This document shows positions 28,081 through 37,442 of a stretch of DNA of 64,000 nt, one piece after another. Made by a program: the position numbers and the translations under genes. Under the pieces are notes generated by a model that worked only from the letters and a program-made list of their open reading frames with translations, searched no databases and was not told the DNA's origin. Position 1 is the first letter of the stretch, and each line of letters opens with the position of its first letter. Location: IMG/VR virus record IMGVR_UViG_3300032323_003835, positions 1-64,000 of that record, one strand, 5' to 3'. This DNA comes from a virus.

Positions 28081-28323
28081 TTAATCGGGTATAGCCCCGT
28101 TTCTTTTAAACATATTTCTGTTGACAAAAAAGTTTCCCTTTTCCCCTATCTTAGAATCCTTATTCTTAGAAAGTTCCAGAACCACCTCGTTTGAATCTAT
28201 GACGTGGTATCGAGTTCCCATATAGGTTACTACCTGTCCTTTTTCTACGTCCCTTAAACTGAAGTCATCACCGTAAGATTTCTTCATCTCGTTTAAAAAT
28301 TTACTAAATTTTTTAATTTCCAT
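28081..28323 (-). CDS. hypothetical, putative head-packaged protein
   Basis: N-terminus MEIKKFSKFLNE. Confidence 0.65.
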   Translation of the reverse strand: MEIKKFSKFLNEMKKSYGDDFSLRDVEKGQVVTYMGTRYHVIDSNEVVLELSKNKDSKIGEKGNFFVNRNMFKRNGAIPD

Positions 28324-28326
28324 GAT

Positions 28327-28935
28327 CTATATATTTTTTCTAACGGGTCGAACCGAATAATATCCGTACCCAATATCTTCTATGTAGCTTGTTAAATTCC
28401 TATCAAATATGAAAATAGATCCCCCATTAGATAGAGATGCTGGGGTCGAAGTAAAAAATCTCTCCCTTACCCTTTCTTCAATAAATTCAAAATCTCTTCC
28501 CCATCTTTTATCAAAACATCCACAAAAATTAATTGAAAGAATTGATTTAACAGCATGATAAATTTTTGCTTTCTCTGCTGTTTTCCACTCGTTAGGAGGT
28601 AAATTTGTTATTTTTTTAAATAGCTCTATAAAAACGTCTCTCTTGGGAATCTCCCATCCATCAGGACATGCTATTTTTAAAGAATCAAAACGATAAAACG
28701 ATCCGCATCCGTCAGATTTTGTGGGGTGTGTACGAGATGGTAAATTATCGTAGAAAAGATCAATAAAAGCCTTCCCCCCATACTCATCTGAAACATCATA
28801 ATCAAGATTCTGTGCAAACCATTCTACTCCGTCTACTATAATGGTCTTGTACTTCTTCCCATCTCTAGGATCAGTAAATTCAGAGGTCTTTATCCCCAAT
28901 TTCTGTTTCAATCCGTAGGGATCTATAAATTTCAT
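28327..28935 (-). CDS. FISUMP (Fibrobacter succinogenes major paralog) domain protein
   Basis: FTDPRDGKKYKTI..WFAQNLDY, ACPDGWEIP, YSVRPVR. Confidence 0.85.
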   Translation of the reverse strand: MKFIDPYGLKQKLGIKTSEFTDPRDGKKYKTIIVDGVEWFAQNLDYDVSDEYGGKAFIDLFYDNLPSRTHPTKSDGCGSFYRFDSLKIACPDGWEIPKRDVFIELFKKITNLPPNEWKTAEKAKIYHAVKSILSINFCGCFDKRWGRDFEFIEERVRERFFTSTPASLSNGGSIFIFDRNLTSYIEDIGYGYYSVRPVRKNI

Positions 28936-28963
28936 ATTTTATATATCAAAAATGACCCCAATT

Positions 28964-30592
28964 CTACTGATTTTCTATCTCGTTCCATGTGTCAATTAAA
29001 GCTTTGGCAAAAATAGGTTCTTTACCAGTCCATCCAGCTAAAATAGCACCACGGTAAAGATTCTCTGGCAATACCGTATTATCATATCCTGCAACTTGAA
29101 CCGAAAATAAATTAACCTTTGGATTAACCTCTTTCCTATATTTCTGTGCTAAAGCTAGTACGTCGATGTGTCTTCCCCCCTCGTGTCTGAATTCACTGTA
29201 TTCGCTAGGATCGTTCCCGTATAAACCACCATGGCCAGCTTGCATGTCTGAATAAATAAATATATTATCGTAATGCTTTTTATTTTTAATAGCTTCGTCA
29301 AAAAATATCCAAATCCCGTTTTCTGTACTACCACCCAATTTTCCATATTCTCTTTCTATCGAATTAATGTCATTCAACTGTGATAATAAACCATTTCTTT
29401 TAGAAACCGGCTCAACTATAAGTCTATCCCCGAATAATCCTATTTCGCCCTCGTCTGATTGCTTACCGGTGATAAGAGAAGAAAGATTTGCTATCTCAGC
29501 AGCATAAACTGATCCATATTCAGAATTTAACTGTCCCCAAGAAGATCCTGAATTGTCCGAGAGACAGATAGTTTTCCCGTCCAATTTAGGCATATTTAGA
29601 ACGGAAATATCCATGCAATTTTCCAGTCCATCCAATAATATTCCCTTATGGTTTATATCATTCTCCTTTTCTATTGCTTTATACGCTGACCAATATCTAA
29701 ATGGAAATTGTTTTCCTGTTTGAACACCGTCAACCAATTTTACTACCACAGATTTTGCAACTTCTAAATCATCAATCTCTTTAAAAATTCCTCTTATATT
29801 TCTTAAAAGAGCCATGTGCGGAACATTAATGGATTCGAGTATTTCTTTCCACGTCTTTCCCGAGGATCTTAGTGCCTCCCAGGTTTTTTCGGTCTCCTCT
29901 ACTTTGATTGAACCAGTTTTCATTAGTTCATCAATATCGTTATTCCATGCATGGGAAATTCTAACAAGATCTATCAGGCTTTTTCCTTTGTATTTGTTTA
30001 ATTGGTATCTAGAATATTCTCCTAACTTTTCTGCCCAGGTTCTTTTGATTATCGAGCTCAGTTTATTCTTTGTCTTATTGACATACATGAAATATTCGAA
30101 CTGGTTGGTTAAATCATCAGGTCTAAGAGCTATCGATTTGCCAATGTTTTTCATGTATCCCGGATTAGACTCGTTGAATTCAGCCCTTTTTGGGTGCATG
30201 GAAGCTCTGATGAATATTACAGAGGGATTTAACCTCATGTAAAAGGTGGTTCTTAGCTCCGTAGCTAAGTCCAAAGTTCCTTTGAAGTCATAATCTAAGG
30301 AAGCATCAATAGCGCTCGTAAAAACGTCACCAGATGACTTTGAATCCCCAATTATCTCTGATAAAATACTGTATTTTAGTAGAGTGGCGTGATTTTTAAT
30401 ATGTGATGGAGATTTTATGCCATCCCGGTAGTATTGGGGTTCCCCAAAAATAGAACTAGCAGCAACTATTTTTAGTGTCTGGAGAGGAGATATTTTATAG
30501 GAATTTCCCCCCATAAAATTTTCAACTTCCAGATCCTCAAATTTTCTGATTTCTGCTTTTGATTTAACTGCGTACTCTGATAACTTACTCAT
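28964..30592 (-). CDS. rsr: Ro60/TROVE domain protein with vWA domain
   Basis: RPDD, YQLNKY, DLVRISH, MALLRNIR, QFPFRY, DNSGS (MIDAS), IYSDMQ. Confidence 0.92.
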   Translation of the reverse strand: MSKLSEYAVKSKAEIRKFEDLEVENFMGGNSYKISPLQTLKIVAASSIFGEPQYYRDGIKSPSHIKNHATLLKYSILSEIIGDSKSSGDVFTSAIDASLDYDFKGTLDLATELRTTFYMRLNPSVIFIRASMHPKRAEFNESNPGYMKNIGKSIALRPDDLTNQFEYFMYVNKTKNKLSSIIKRTWAEKLGEYSRYQLNKYKGKSLIDLVRISHAWNNDIDELMKTGSIKVEETEKTWEALRSSGKTWKEILESINVPHMALLRNIRGIFKEIDDLEVAKSVVVKLVDGVQTGKQFPFRYWSAYKAIEKENDINHKGILLDGLENCMDISVLNMPKLDGKTICLSDNSGSSWGQLNSEYGSVYAAEIANLSSLITGKQSDEGEIGLFGDRLIVEPVSKRNGLLSQLNDINSIEREYGKLGGSTENGIWIFFDEAIKNKKHYDNIFIYSDMQAGHGGLYGNDPSEYSEFRHEGGRHIDVLALAQKYRKEVNPKVNLFSVQVAGYDNTVLPENLYRGAILAGWTGKEPIFAKALIDTWNEIENQ

Positions 30593-30613
30593 ATGTTTGG
30601 TTTTAATTTTTAC

Positions 30614-30649
30614 AAAAAAAAAAAGCTTACCGATGTTAGTCGATAAGCC
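30614..30649 (-). terminator. intrinsic terminator between Y-like RNAs and rsr
   Basis: GCTTATCGA-CTAACA-TCGGTAAGC followed by T11. Confidence 0.8.
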
Positions 30650-30694
30650 TTCCTATATTAAAAACAAACACAATTTAAGGTGTTTTTGGGAATA

Positions 30695-30768
30695 ACTTAC
30701 CGAGAATATCGAAAGGGGGTGTTGTTTTCGTTGTCCATGAAGTAACCCCCTATCCCGCATCGGATAGT
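30695..30768 (-). ncRNA. short Y-RNA-like ncRNA
   Basis: CCGATGCGG-GATAGGGGGT-TACTTC...ACCCCCTTTC-GATATTCTCGG stem; same motif as 30779-31040; adjacent to Ro60. Confidence 0.7.
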
Positions 30769-30778
30769 GTTTTATTAA

Positions 30779-31040
30779 TTGGTTATGGTAAAGTTGAGAA
30801 TCTCCAGATCTGGAGGTTGTCCATTAAGTGAACGATTCTCTAACCCGTAAGGCCGATTAGGGTCCCTGGATTTCTATCCAGAATATCTAAATTTGACATC
30901 AGTCTCTAAGGTCCGATGTATCTTACCCTATTAGATCGGATAAGATAATGTTTGGATAAATTTAATACAAGATCAAATTCATTCCGTGCATAATTGATTA
31001 TTTGATGTATCCAATTCTGCCGCTTCAACTTTAACAACCA
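30779..31040 (-). ncRNA. long Y-RNA-like ncRNA with multi-hairpin insert
   Basis: Terminal stem TTGGTTGT-TAAAGTTGA / TCAACTTTA-CC-ATAACCAA; GAAGCGG-CAGAATTGGA-TACATC...TCCAGATCTG-GAGATTCTC; starts immediately after the boxA-like 15-mer. Confidence 0.7.
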
Positions 31041-31096
31041 ATATTTTAAAGAACTTTTTGTTTAGATGTTTATATATGCAAATATAGAATAGTTTC
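31041..31096 (-). promoter_or_regulatory. promoter (GAAAC-N16-ATATAA) plus boxA-like element for the Y RNA/rsr unit
   Basis: Motif recurrence across the window; 15-mer shared with the tmRNA leader. Confidence 0.55.
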
Positions 31097-31143
31097 CGGT
31101 AGGAATAAAAATGTTTTATAAAAATTATTCGATATCTCCTGTA

Positions 31144-31443
31144 TTATGCTAAAGATTCTACCAGATAACTTTTTGATACTGCTCCAACCTTTCTCTCTTT
31201 CTCTTCTCCGTTTTCGAATAGGATAAAAGTTGGTATGGATCTAATTCCATATTTTTCTGCCAAATCCCTATTTTTGTCTACATCTATTTTGTATATGAGA
31301 TTTTCACCCAATTCATTTTCAACGCTTTCTAAAATAGGAGACATTGCTTTGCATGGTCCACACCAGGTTGCGTGAAAATCTACTATGCATTTTTTGGATT
31401 TAGAAATAATGCTTTCAAAATTTTCGTTCTGTAATTCTGTCAT
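31144..31443 (-). CDS. trxA: thioredoxin
   Basis: DFHATWCGPCK, IRSIPT. Confidence 0.95.
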   Translation of the reverse strand: MTELQNENFESIISKSKKCIVDFHATWCGPCKAMSPILESVENELGENLIYKIDVDKNRDLAEKYGIRSIPTFILFENGEEKERKVGAVSKSYLVESLA

Positions 31444-31481
31444 TTTTTAATTTTATATTTATTGTCAATATATCTGAGAAA

Positions 31482-31970
31482 TTAAACAATACGCAAAATC
31501 ATTTCATCATCAAACCTAGCAACTTGATAATTTTTAATAAATGAATTTATATTAACTAGTTTGTTCATTAATTTAAAATAACTTCTTGGAATGATCGAGG
31601 TTTCCAAAACGATGGACATTTTTTGATCCTCCAGTAGATAAGATTCCTGGTTTTCGAAATTTTCTTGCCATTTTATCAAATTTTCTAACATGATGCTAGA
31701 ATTGTAAGGTATCTCTTCTCTTATTTTTTCGACGTATGATACAACTTCTATCAATTGATCCGGGGTTGATTCTATAGAATCTATTCCATTAGATATTCTA
31801 CACCTGTACTTATTCCAATCTATATTTTCTATATAAAAAAAATTAGTTTTAGAATATAGGGTTTCTTTGATGTATTCCATCAGATTTTCGTCTCTATAAG
31901 TGACTATAGACCCACAATTAAATTCCTGAAATGGAGAAATTCGAAAAGATATTTTAAATGATTCTTCCAT
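31482..31970 (-). CDS. hypothetical protein
   Basis: ORF with GAAAT-N16-CTATAA upstream. Confidence 0.65.
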   Translation of the reverse strand: MEESFKISFRISPFQEFNCGSIVTYRDENLMEYIKETLYSKTNFFYIENIDWNKYRCRISNGIDSIESTPDQLIEVVSYVEKIREEIPYNSSIMLENLIKWQENFENQESYLLEDQKMSIVLETSIIPRSYFKLMNKLVNINSFIKNYQVARFDDEMILRIV

Positions 31971-32033
31971 AGATACTAATACTAATTATTATAGATTGTA
32001 TCTACCTTAGATTTCGAACAAATCTGGTATTAT

Positions 32034-32732
32034 TTACGAGAAATACTTTTCCCACTTTTCTTTGAAAATAGGATAACTGCCGGAGGTTGACTTTTCCATC
32101 TCTTCTTTAGAAAATACGGTCGGACCGGTTTTACCTATATTCATATCATGATGTTCCACTATAGAGGAAGAAACAAGACAATGTTTTATAGATTTTTCGT
32201 ACAGGGTTAAAGCATAATCATTGTCAGAAAACCAATGGGTAAAAGATTCGTCTAGATCACCTATCGTTTCGTATATCTCTCTCCTCTGAAAAATACACCA
32301 CCCTGAAATTTCTTTTCTTATCTGGTATCCTAAATGATTTCCGCTATTCGGAAGAATTCCGTACAGCGGTTGGGTTTTAGGACAGAGTGGAGAAAACGAA
32401 AGGACATCAGGAAGATGAGATGCAGATTTTAGGATTTCAGTTGCCCAATTTTTTTCAAAAATTAAATCGTTGTTACACAGACACACATATGGATTATTCC
32501 CAAGCTTTCTCCCAAAATTCATGAATTTGTGATATCCATAGGGTTTAGGTGGGTCATATGTTTTGGTGTTTGGATAGTGGTCCCAAACTACATTCTCCTG
32601 GGATTCTAAAACTATAACATTAAAAATCTCTTTGGAGTTCTTTTCTGAATCAAAAAGGGATCTTAAGCAATCCTCGGTCTGTTTTTTTAGAATGGGATCT
32701 GCTGAATAACTGAGTATAATTATGTCGATCAT
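32034..32732 (-). CDS. glycosyltransferase family 2
   Basis: IDIIILS, NFG, LCNND, IGDLDESF..WFSDND. Confidence 0.85.
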   Translation of the reverse strand: MIDIIILSYSADPILKKQTEDCLRSLFDSEKNSKEIFNVIVLESQENVVWDHYPNTKTYDPPKPYGYHKFMNFGRKLGNNPYVCLCNNDLIFEKNWATEILKSASHLPDVLSFSPLCPKTQPLYGILPNSGNHLGYQIRKEISGWCIFQRREIYETIGDLDESFTHWFSDNDYALTLYEKSIKHCLVSSSIVEHHDMNIGKTGPTVFSKEEMEKSTSGSYPIFKEKWEKYFS

Positions 32733-33460
32733 TTTTTTCTTGTTATTTCATCAATCTCCCGAAGATCTCCGGTTTGGCAATAGTAGAATTCCTTTTTAAA
32801 AGAGAATGAATTATTTATTTTGACACTAGGAGGAATGAATTGATTCTCCGATATTATTTTTCTAAAATCCTTTATGTTTATAAATCCAGTTATTTCAATT
32901 CTAAAATTGATATTAGGTATAAGATTTAGTACATTCTCCAATGTGAATTCATGATCACTTAAAGACTCAAAAGCATTTCTTATACCTGGATTTATCCTGC
33001 ACATAAAGAAGTATGTATAAAGTATTGGATCCTTCTTTCCCCAATTATGGTAAAACCCGTTTGAGTCGAATTGTTCCTTCTTTAATTTGAAGATATTATT
33101 TTTACTTGTATTTGTTTTTACCTGTATCTTAAGATCACCAAGAAAAAGATCCCCGTCATCATATTCTCCCTCGTCTCTGATTGTTGTCCAGTCAGGCTCT
33201 TCTAGATCATAACCCCTTTCTTTTAGCATTTTATAAACTGCAAACTCCCCGATTTTCCCCTGAGTAGCATCGCACTTTTTTTGTCTAGGTGTTCTTTCCT
33301 CCTCATCATCACGAAAGTGCTTTTGAGAAAATGCCCACCTTACTGATTTTTCCACATACTCATTAATATCGAAGGTATGCTTAAATCTTTTGCCATTATT
33401 CACATAAAGGGATCCGTTTCTTTCTAATAATCGATTGAAATTTTTTGCTTGCTGACTCAA
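32729..33460 (-). CDS. PD-(D/E)XK-like nuclease
   Basis: GKIGEFA, DDGDL..IQVKT; TTG start. Confidence 0.6.
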   Translation of the reverse strand: MSQQAKNFNRLLERNGSLYVNNGKRFKHTFDINEYVEKSVRWAFSQKHFRDDEEERTPRQKKCDATQGKIGEFAVYKMLKERGYDLEEPDWTTIRDEGEYDDGDLFLGDLKIQVKTNTSKNNIFKLKKEQFDSNGFYHNWGKKDPILYTYFFMCRINPGIRNAFESLSDHEFTLENVLNLIPNINFRIEITGFINIKDFRKIISENQFIPPSVKINNSFSFKKEFYYCQTGDLREIDEITRKK

Positions 33461-33526
33461 AATAAGAAATTTAGGTATGCCTTATACTACCAAATGTAAA
33501 ATAATTTCCCGGGGTTTTGAAATGTA

Positions 33527-34156
33527 TTAGCCAGCTATATTGCCTTCTTCGTCGAAGGAATATTGATTCATTTCGATGAAATCCACTATTTCTCCATCTT
33601 CAAATTGAGAGTCTATGTCGGAAGAGATTCTATCAAGAACGTCATTCATGTGATCCTTAAATTTTTCTTCTGCTCTTTCGAAGTGCTTCTCGATTGAGGT
33701 GATTCCACGTTCCCCGAATTTTTCAACCAGTGAATCTTCATCGTCTATTTCAAATTCTATGGAAGTGTTTGTCTCCCTGTATCCGTCTCTGAATGTGTAG
33801 TGAGTGTATTTATGAAATTTAGGGGGTATACCCAGCCATCTTAAAAATAAATTATCGTTGGTAACATTAAGTGCATCCGAGCAGTGTATGAAATAATTAG
33901 GATCCTGCTTTCCTACAAAACTAATACTCTTTGGTGAACCATTCTCTATCATAAAGGAATTCCCATTAGCTTCATAATAATTGTTGCCAAAAAGATCTGA
34001 CATTTCCTTGTCAGATGGTTCAAATAATGAGCTGTCCTCAACAACCCAGGAAGCTATATCGTCATTATATCTTATTTCTCTGACATTATCTATAGCATTA
34101 ATCTTTGCTTCTGGCGAAAGATCCTTAAATTCGATATACTCGTATAAATGTATCAT
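33527..34156 (-). CDS. hypothetical, putative head-packaged protein
   Basis: LYEYIEFKDLSPEAK..AI and C-terminal YSFDEEG. Confidence 0.65.
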   Translation of the reverse strand: MIHLYEYIEFKDLSPEAKINAIDNVREIRYNDDIASWVVEDSSLFEPSDKEMSDLFGNNYYEANGNSFMIENGSPKSISFVGKQDPNYFIHCSDALNVTNDNLFLRWLGIPPKFHKYTHYTFRDGYRETNTSIEFEIDDEDSLVEKFGERGITSIEKHFERAEEKFKDHMNDVLDRISSDIDSQFEDGEIVDFIEMNQYSFDEEGNIAG

Positions 34157-34413
34157 TAATAATTCACAGGATAACTTCCACCATTCTTTGTTCTAATAAG
34201 AACGTTCCATTGATTAATAGAGCACCTTCCTCCATTCTTTTCTATGGTATCAAGAACCTTAGAGGCGTACTCTACATCTTTGGCTTGCATCATCCCAAAA
34301 ACCTGTCTGAAATGACTTATCTGTCCGGGGTTTAAAGTGGTGTATATTTTTTTCCCCTCTTGGTAATTATAACCAGATCCCCCAAAATTTTCAAATATCT
34401 CTAAATGCTTCAT
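34156..34413 (-). CDS. hypothetical, putative head-packaged protein
   Basis: N-terminus MKHLEIFENF; AATATATA upstream. Confidence 0.7.
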   Translation of the reverse strand: MKHLEIFENFGGSGYNYQEGKKIYTTLNPGQISHFRQVFGMMQAKDVEYASKVLDTIEKNGGRCSINQWNVLIRTKNGGSYPVNY

Positions 34414-34447
34414 CTTTTATATATTCTAAATTTCAGGATTATCCTGC

Positions 34448-34930
34448 TTACAGACTATTTATTTCAAGACTTGCTATTTCTTCTATCCTTGCAATTACCG
34501 AATTCCAGCACGGATATTTGTCGGTTCCTATTCTGATCCATATCCCGTCAAATTTATCCTGAGATGCGTTATCTGAATCATCAACTAGTATTTTACCCTT
34601 CAGTAAAGACTTATCCCCGCAAAGAATTAATTTCTTTTGCAGATCATATCCGAAATATTTTTTAATCCATTCGGCCTTTTCCGTATAAGATGCCGTGTTT
34701 TTGAATGAAGGTCTACTAAGAAACCAAACATCAAACCTTTCCGATAGACTTTTAACAGATTCTATTGCAAGTGGTATCGGCTCCAGGGATAGGAAGAAAC
34801 CCGATAATGACCATGGATAGTCGTAACAGATTTCACCTATTTTGTTAGCATTTTCTTTTCTGTACTTATTTACCGACCCTTTTAAATCGCAAATAGTACC
34901 GTCAAGATCTATATAAATTCTTAATTTCAT
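34448..34930 (-). CDS. 5'(3')-deoxyribonucleotidase (NT5C, HAD)
   Basis: YIDLDGTICD, EKAEW, DKSLLKG..LVDD. Confidence 0.88.
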   Translation of the reverse strand: MKLRIYIDLDGTICDLKGSVNKYRKENANKIGEICYDYPWSLSGFFLSLEPIPLAIESVKSLSERFDVWFLSRPSFKNTASYTEKAEWIKKYFGYDLQKKLILCGDKSLLKGKILVDDSDNASQDKFDGIWIRIGTDKYPCWNSVIARIEEIASLEINSL

Positions 34931-34954
34931 GTTTATAAAGATAAGGATTATTCC

Positions 34955-35668
34955 CTATAAATTTTTTAAAAAAGTTAAACCCCTCGTAAGATCATCTGGT
35001 GTGTCTATAGAGATTGACACATTATAACACATTGTATATTTAATTGAAAATCCATTTTCCATCCATGATATTTGTTCAAGTGAATCTCTTTTGCTCAATT
35101 CGCTTGGTTCTAATGAAGCTATTGTTTGTATATCGCTAGAGCAAAAACCATAGATTCCAACGTGCTTAAGTATATTTTTTGGAGGATTAAAAAATGGACT
35201 TCGTGTAAACCCCGAGGCATTGCCGCTATTATAAATTAATTTAACACAGTTTGGATCTATTCTCTGTTCCTCTTTTAATTCAGAGGCACCGGTTAGTATA
35301 GTTCCTTTTCTTATTGATATTAAATCGCCAATAAATCTTTTAAGGAAATTTATGTCTATGAATGGCTCGTCCCCCTGGACATTGATTATATAATCAAATT
35401 TCTCATCTAGTTTATTTGCTGTGTGACAAACTCTTAGAGTTCCGTTTTGAAAAATTGGAGTAATATCACATTCTCCAAATTGAATGACGTGATTGTATAT
35501 TTCTGGATCCTCAGTTGATACTATTATTTTATCAACTTCTGTTTCCATACATTTTTCATAAACCCTACGGATCATACTCTTGCCCTCTATGTCAATTAGG
35601 GGCTTTCCTGGAAATCTAGAGCTATTTAATCTCGACGGGATTATTATGCAGATCTTTCTTCCCCTCAT
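34955..35668 (-). CDS. kdsB: CMP-Kdo synthetase (3-deoxy-manno-octulosonate cytidylyltransferase)
   Basis: IPSRLNSSRFPGKPL, NGTLR, INVQGDEP, HVGIYG, SLEQ, SIDTPDDL. Confidence 0.9.
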   Translation of the reverse strand: MRGRKICIIIPSRLNSSRFPGKPLIDIEGKSMIRRVYEKCMETEVDKIIVSTEDPEIYNHVIQFGECDITPIFQNGTLRVCHTANKLDEKFDYIINVQGDEPFIDINFLKRFIGDLISIRKGTILTGASELKEEQRIDPNCVKLIYNSGNASGFTRSPFFNPPKNILKHVGIYGFCSSDIQTIASLEPSELSKRDSLEQISWMENGFSIKYTMCYNVSISIDTPDDLTRGLTFLKNL

Positions 35669-35870
35669 TTAAAACGTATCTTTTATTCTCCTTGACATAT
35701 CCTGTTTTAATTAACATCATTTTTACAGCAGCTTCAAAGGATATCCTATGGTCAGCCATATCTATCCCGGATCCCTCCGCAGCTTTTAGATTATAGAAGC
35801 CGAATCTTTCTTTAACAAATTTAAGGGACATTGCTTTGATTTCGCTCTCAGTTATTACTTTTTCTAGCAT
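35622..35870 (-). CDS. hypothetical protein
   Basis: Overlapping operon ORF. Confidence 0.55.
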   Translation of the reverse strand: MLEKVITESEIKAMSLKFVKERFGFYNLKAAEGSGIDMADHRISFEAAVKMMLIKTGYVKENKRYVLNEGKKDLHNNPVEIK

Positions 35871-36108
35871 CCATATAGGTAATATTCTCTATCTCTCTAG
35901 TGATACCGTCAATAGCACTGTGTAGATTTACTATCGCGCTCGATATTGGATTAGTTGGTTTGATCTCGTATTTTTCTTTGATCTTTTCCAGGATTTTTTG
36001 GAGATCCACAAGGTCTTTTTTATAGTCTATTTTTTTCTTTGTTTTGGGATCGGTCTTTATTTCCTGAGGTTCCTGTTTGAAATTTCCAGACCATGTTAAA
36101 TTATTCAT
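35848..36108 (-). CDS. hypothetical protein
   Basis: ORF track. Confidence 0.65.
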   Translation of the reverse strand: MNNLTWSGNFKQEPQEIKTDPKTKKKIDYKKDLVDLQKILEKIKEKYEIKPTNPISSAIVNLHSAIDGITREIENITYMDARKSNN

Positions 36109-36166
36109 CTGTCTTTTTATTTTATATAGACAAAAAAACCCCTTTTATTTCATGATATATAATGAA

Positions 36167-36631
36167 ATGGGACTTAAAAAATATTCAGAATTCTCAAAAA
36201 TTGTAAAAGAAAGCTGGGATTCCGACGGGATGGAAGAAAGCGACAGGGAGCCGGATATTACACCTTCTATAGAGCCCTTTGAAATAGTCGAAAGAGCAGA
36301 CAATGGATTGGATTGTATATTTAGATCTAAAGGAGATAATAGTCTCTATTTTTTTGCTGGAGAAAGTCTTTTAGACAACAATGAGCTCGAACCTTATGGA
36401 AGTCCTCCAGGAAGAAGGGAATACGATGAAGGAAAATATGTCTGGGTTACAGATACAAGATACTGGGATCCAGAAGCATGGGTGATAGAGTCGTATGTAA
36501 ATTGCAATTTTTCACACCTAAAATACGGAGAAGGAGTAGAGGACTTTGAATCTGGGGACAACGAATTTATACTAATAGACGAGCCTCTTAAAGAATTACT
36601 AAAGAAAACTTATGAATTTTCTAAAATATAG
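36167..36631 (+). CDS. acidic hypothetical, putative head-packaged protein
   Basis: Start reassigned to ATG 36167 (MGLKKYSEF..KES) just after GATATATA at 36154. Confidence 0.65.
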   Translation: MGLKKYSEFSKIVKESWDSDGMEESDREPDITPSIEPFEIVERADNGLDCIFRSKGDNSLYFFAGESLLDNNELEPYGSPPGRREYDEGKYVWVTDTRYWDPEAWVIESYVNCNFSHLKYGEGVEDFESGDNEFILIDEPLKELLKKTYEFSKI

Positions 36632-36636
36632 ATTTT

Positions 36637-36981
36637 TTACAGACTGGACATCTCACTTTTACCTTTCTCTGTGAGAAAATAAACGGTCTCTCCGTTTTCA
36701 TCTTCCATAGAATCTAGTAATCCTTTTTTGTTCAATCTTACTAGATCTGATTCTACTATGGAATATCTTAATATAGAAGAGAATTCCTCTTCACTAAAAT
36801 CTTCCATATCATCCCCTTTTACCCATTTGGATAAAGCAGAATCTGCAAACCTCTTAAATGTGATGTCATAATCTGCTTGCTCTTCTTCGAAGAATTTTTC
36901 TTCAGTTAAACTCTCCAATAATTTTTCTGTTATTTCTGAAACTGAGGGAGGGTAGTTTTCGTAATGTTCTGACCTTTTCAA
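36637..36981 (-). CDS. hypothetical, winged-helix-like C-terminus
   Basis: LNKKGLL..YFLTEKGK. Confidence 0.6.
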   Translation of the reverse strand: MKRSEHYENYPPSVSEITEKLLESLTEEKFFEEEQADYDITFKRFADSALSKWVKGDDMEDFSEEEFSSILRYSIVESDLVRLNKKGLLDSMEDENGETVYFLTEKGKSEMSSL

Positions 36982-37045
36982 TACCGCAACTTATATGCAA
37001 TATTATAGTCAATTACGGGGCAAAGTTTCTTTCTATGCGGAGATA

Positions 37046-37393
37046 TTAGATCTCATCCATCCATTCAAAAGATTTAACAAGATCAGCATCAAGCTCTCCT
37101 ATTATTTCTCGTGTAAAATAACCTTCGTCACTCTTTCGATCGTTTTCTATCTTACACGTTTCTGGAATTTTTATCTCCCAAATATCGATTCCTTTTTTAA
37201 AATCTGGATGTGTATTAAATCTTTTATTTTTCAAAAGATCTAAAGAGCTAGATATGCTCTTGGTAAAGAAAAGTTTTGGCTCGCTTTCGCCAAATCTACT
37301 AGATCTAGGTCCCAGCACCGGTTTCAATCCTTCACTTAATATAACGTTTCTTAACTTCTTAGGAGAAATGTGGTATGCTTTCATATATTTCAT
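37046..37393 (-). CDS. ADP-ribosyltransferase-fold protein (KptA/DarT-like)
   Basis: YHIS....ILSEGLKP, LFFT, WEI pattern. Confidence 0.5.
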   Translation of the reverse strand: MKYMKAYHISPKKLRNVILSEGLKPVLGPRSSRFGESEPKLFFTKSISSSLDLLKNKRFNTHPDFKKGIDIWEIKIPETCKIENDRKSDEGYFTREIIGELDADLVKSFEWMDEI

Positions 37394-37442
37394 TGATGAT
37401 GCAAATATATCTCCGTTAAGCGGGGTTTAAAAACGTATAGGA

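Noticed and set aside
30779-31040. tRNA or group I intron in the rsr upstream region
   Set aside because: No T-loop/CCA and no P7-like core or flanking exons; a Y-like RNA fits better
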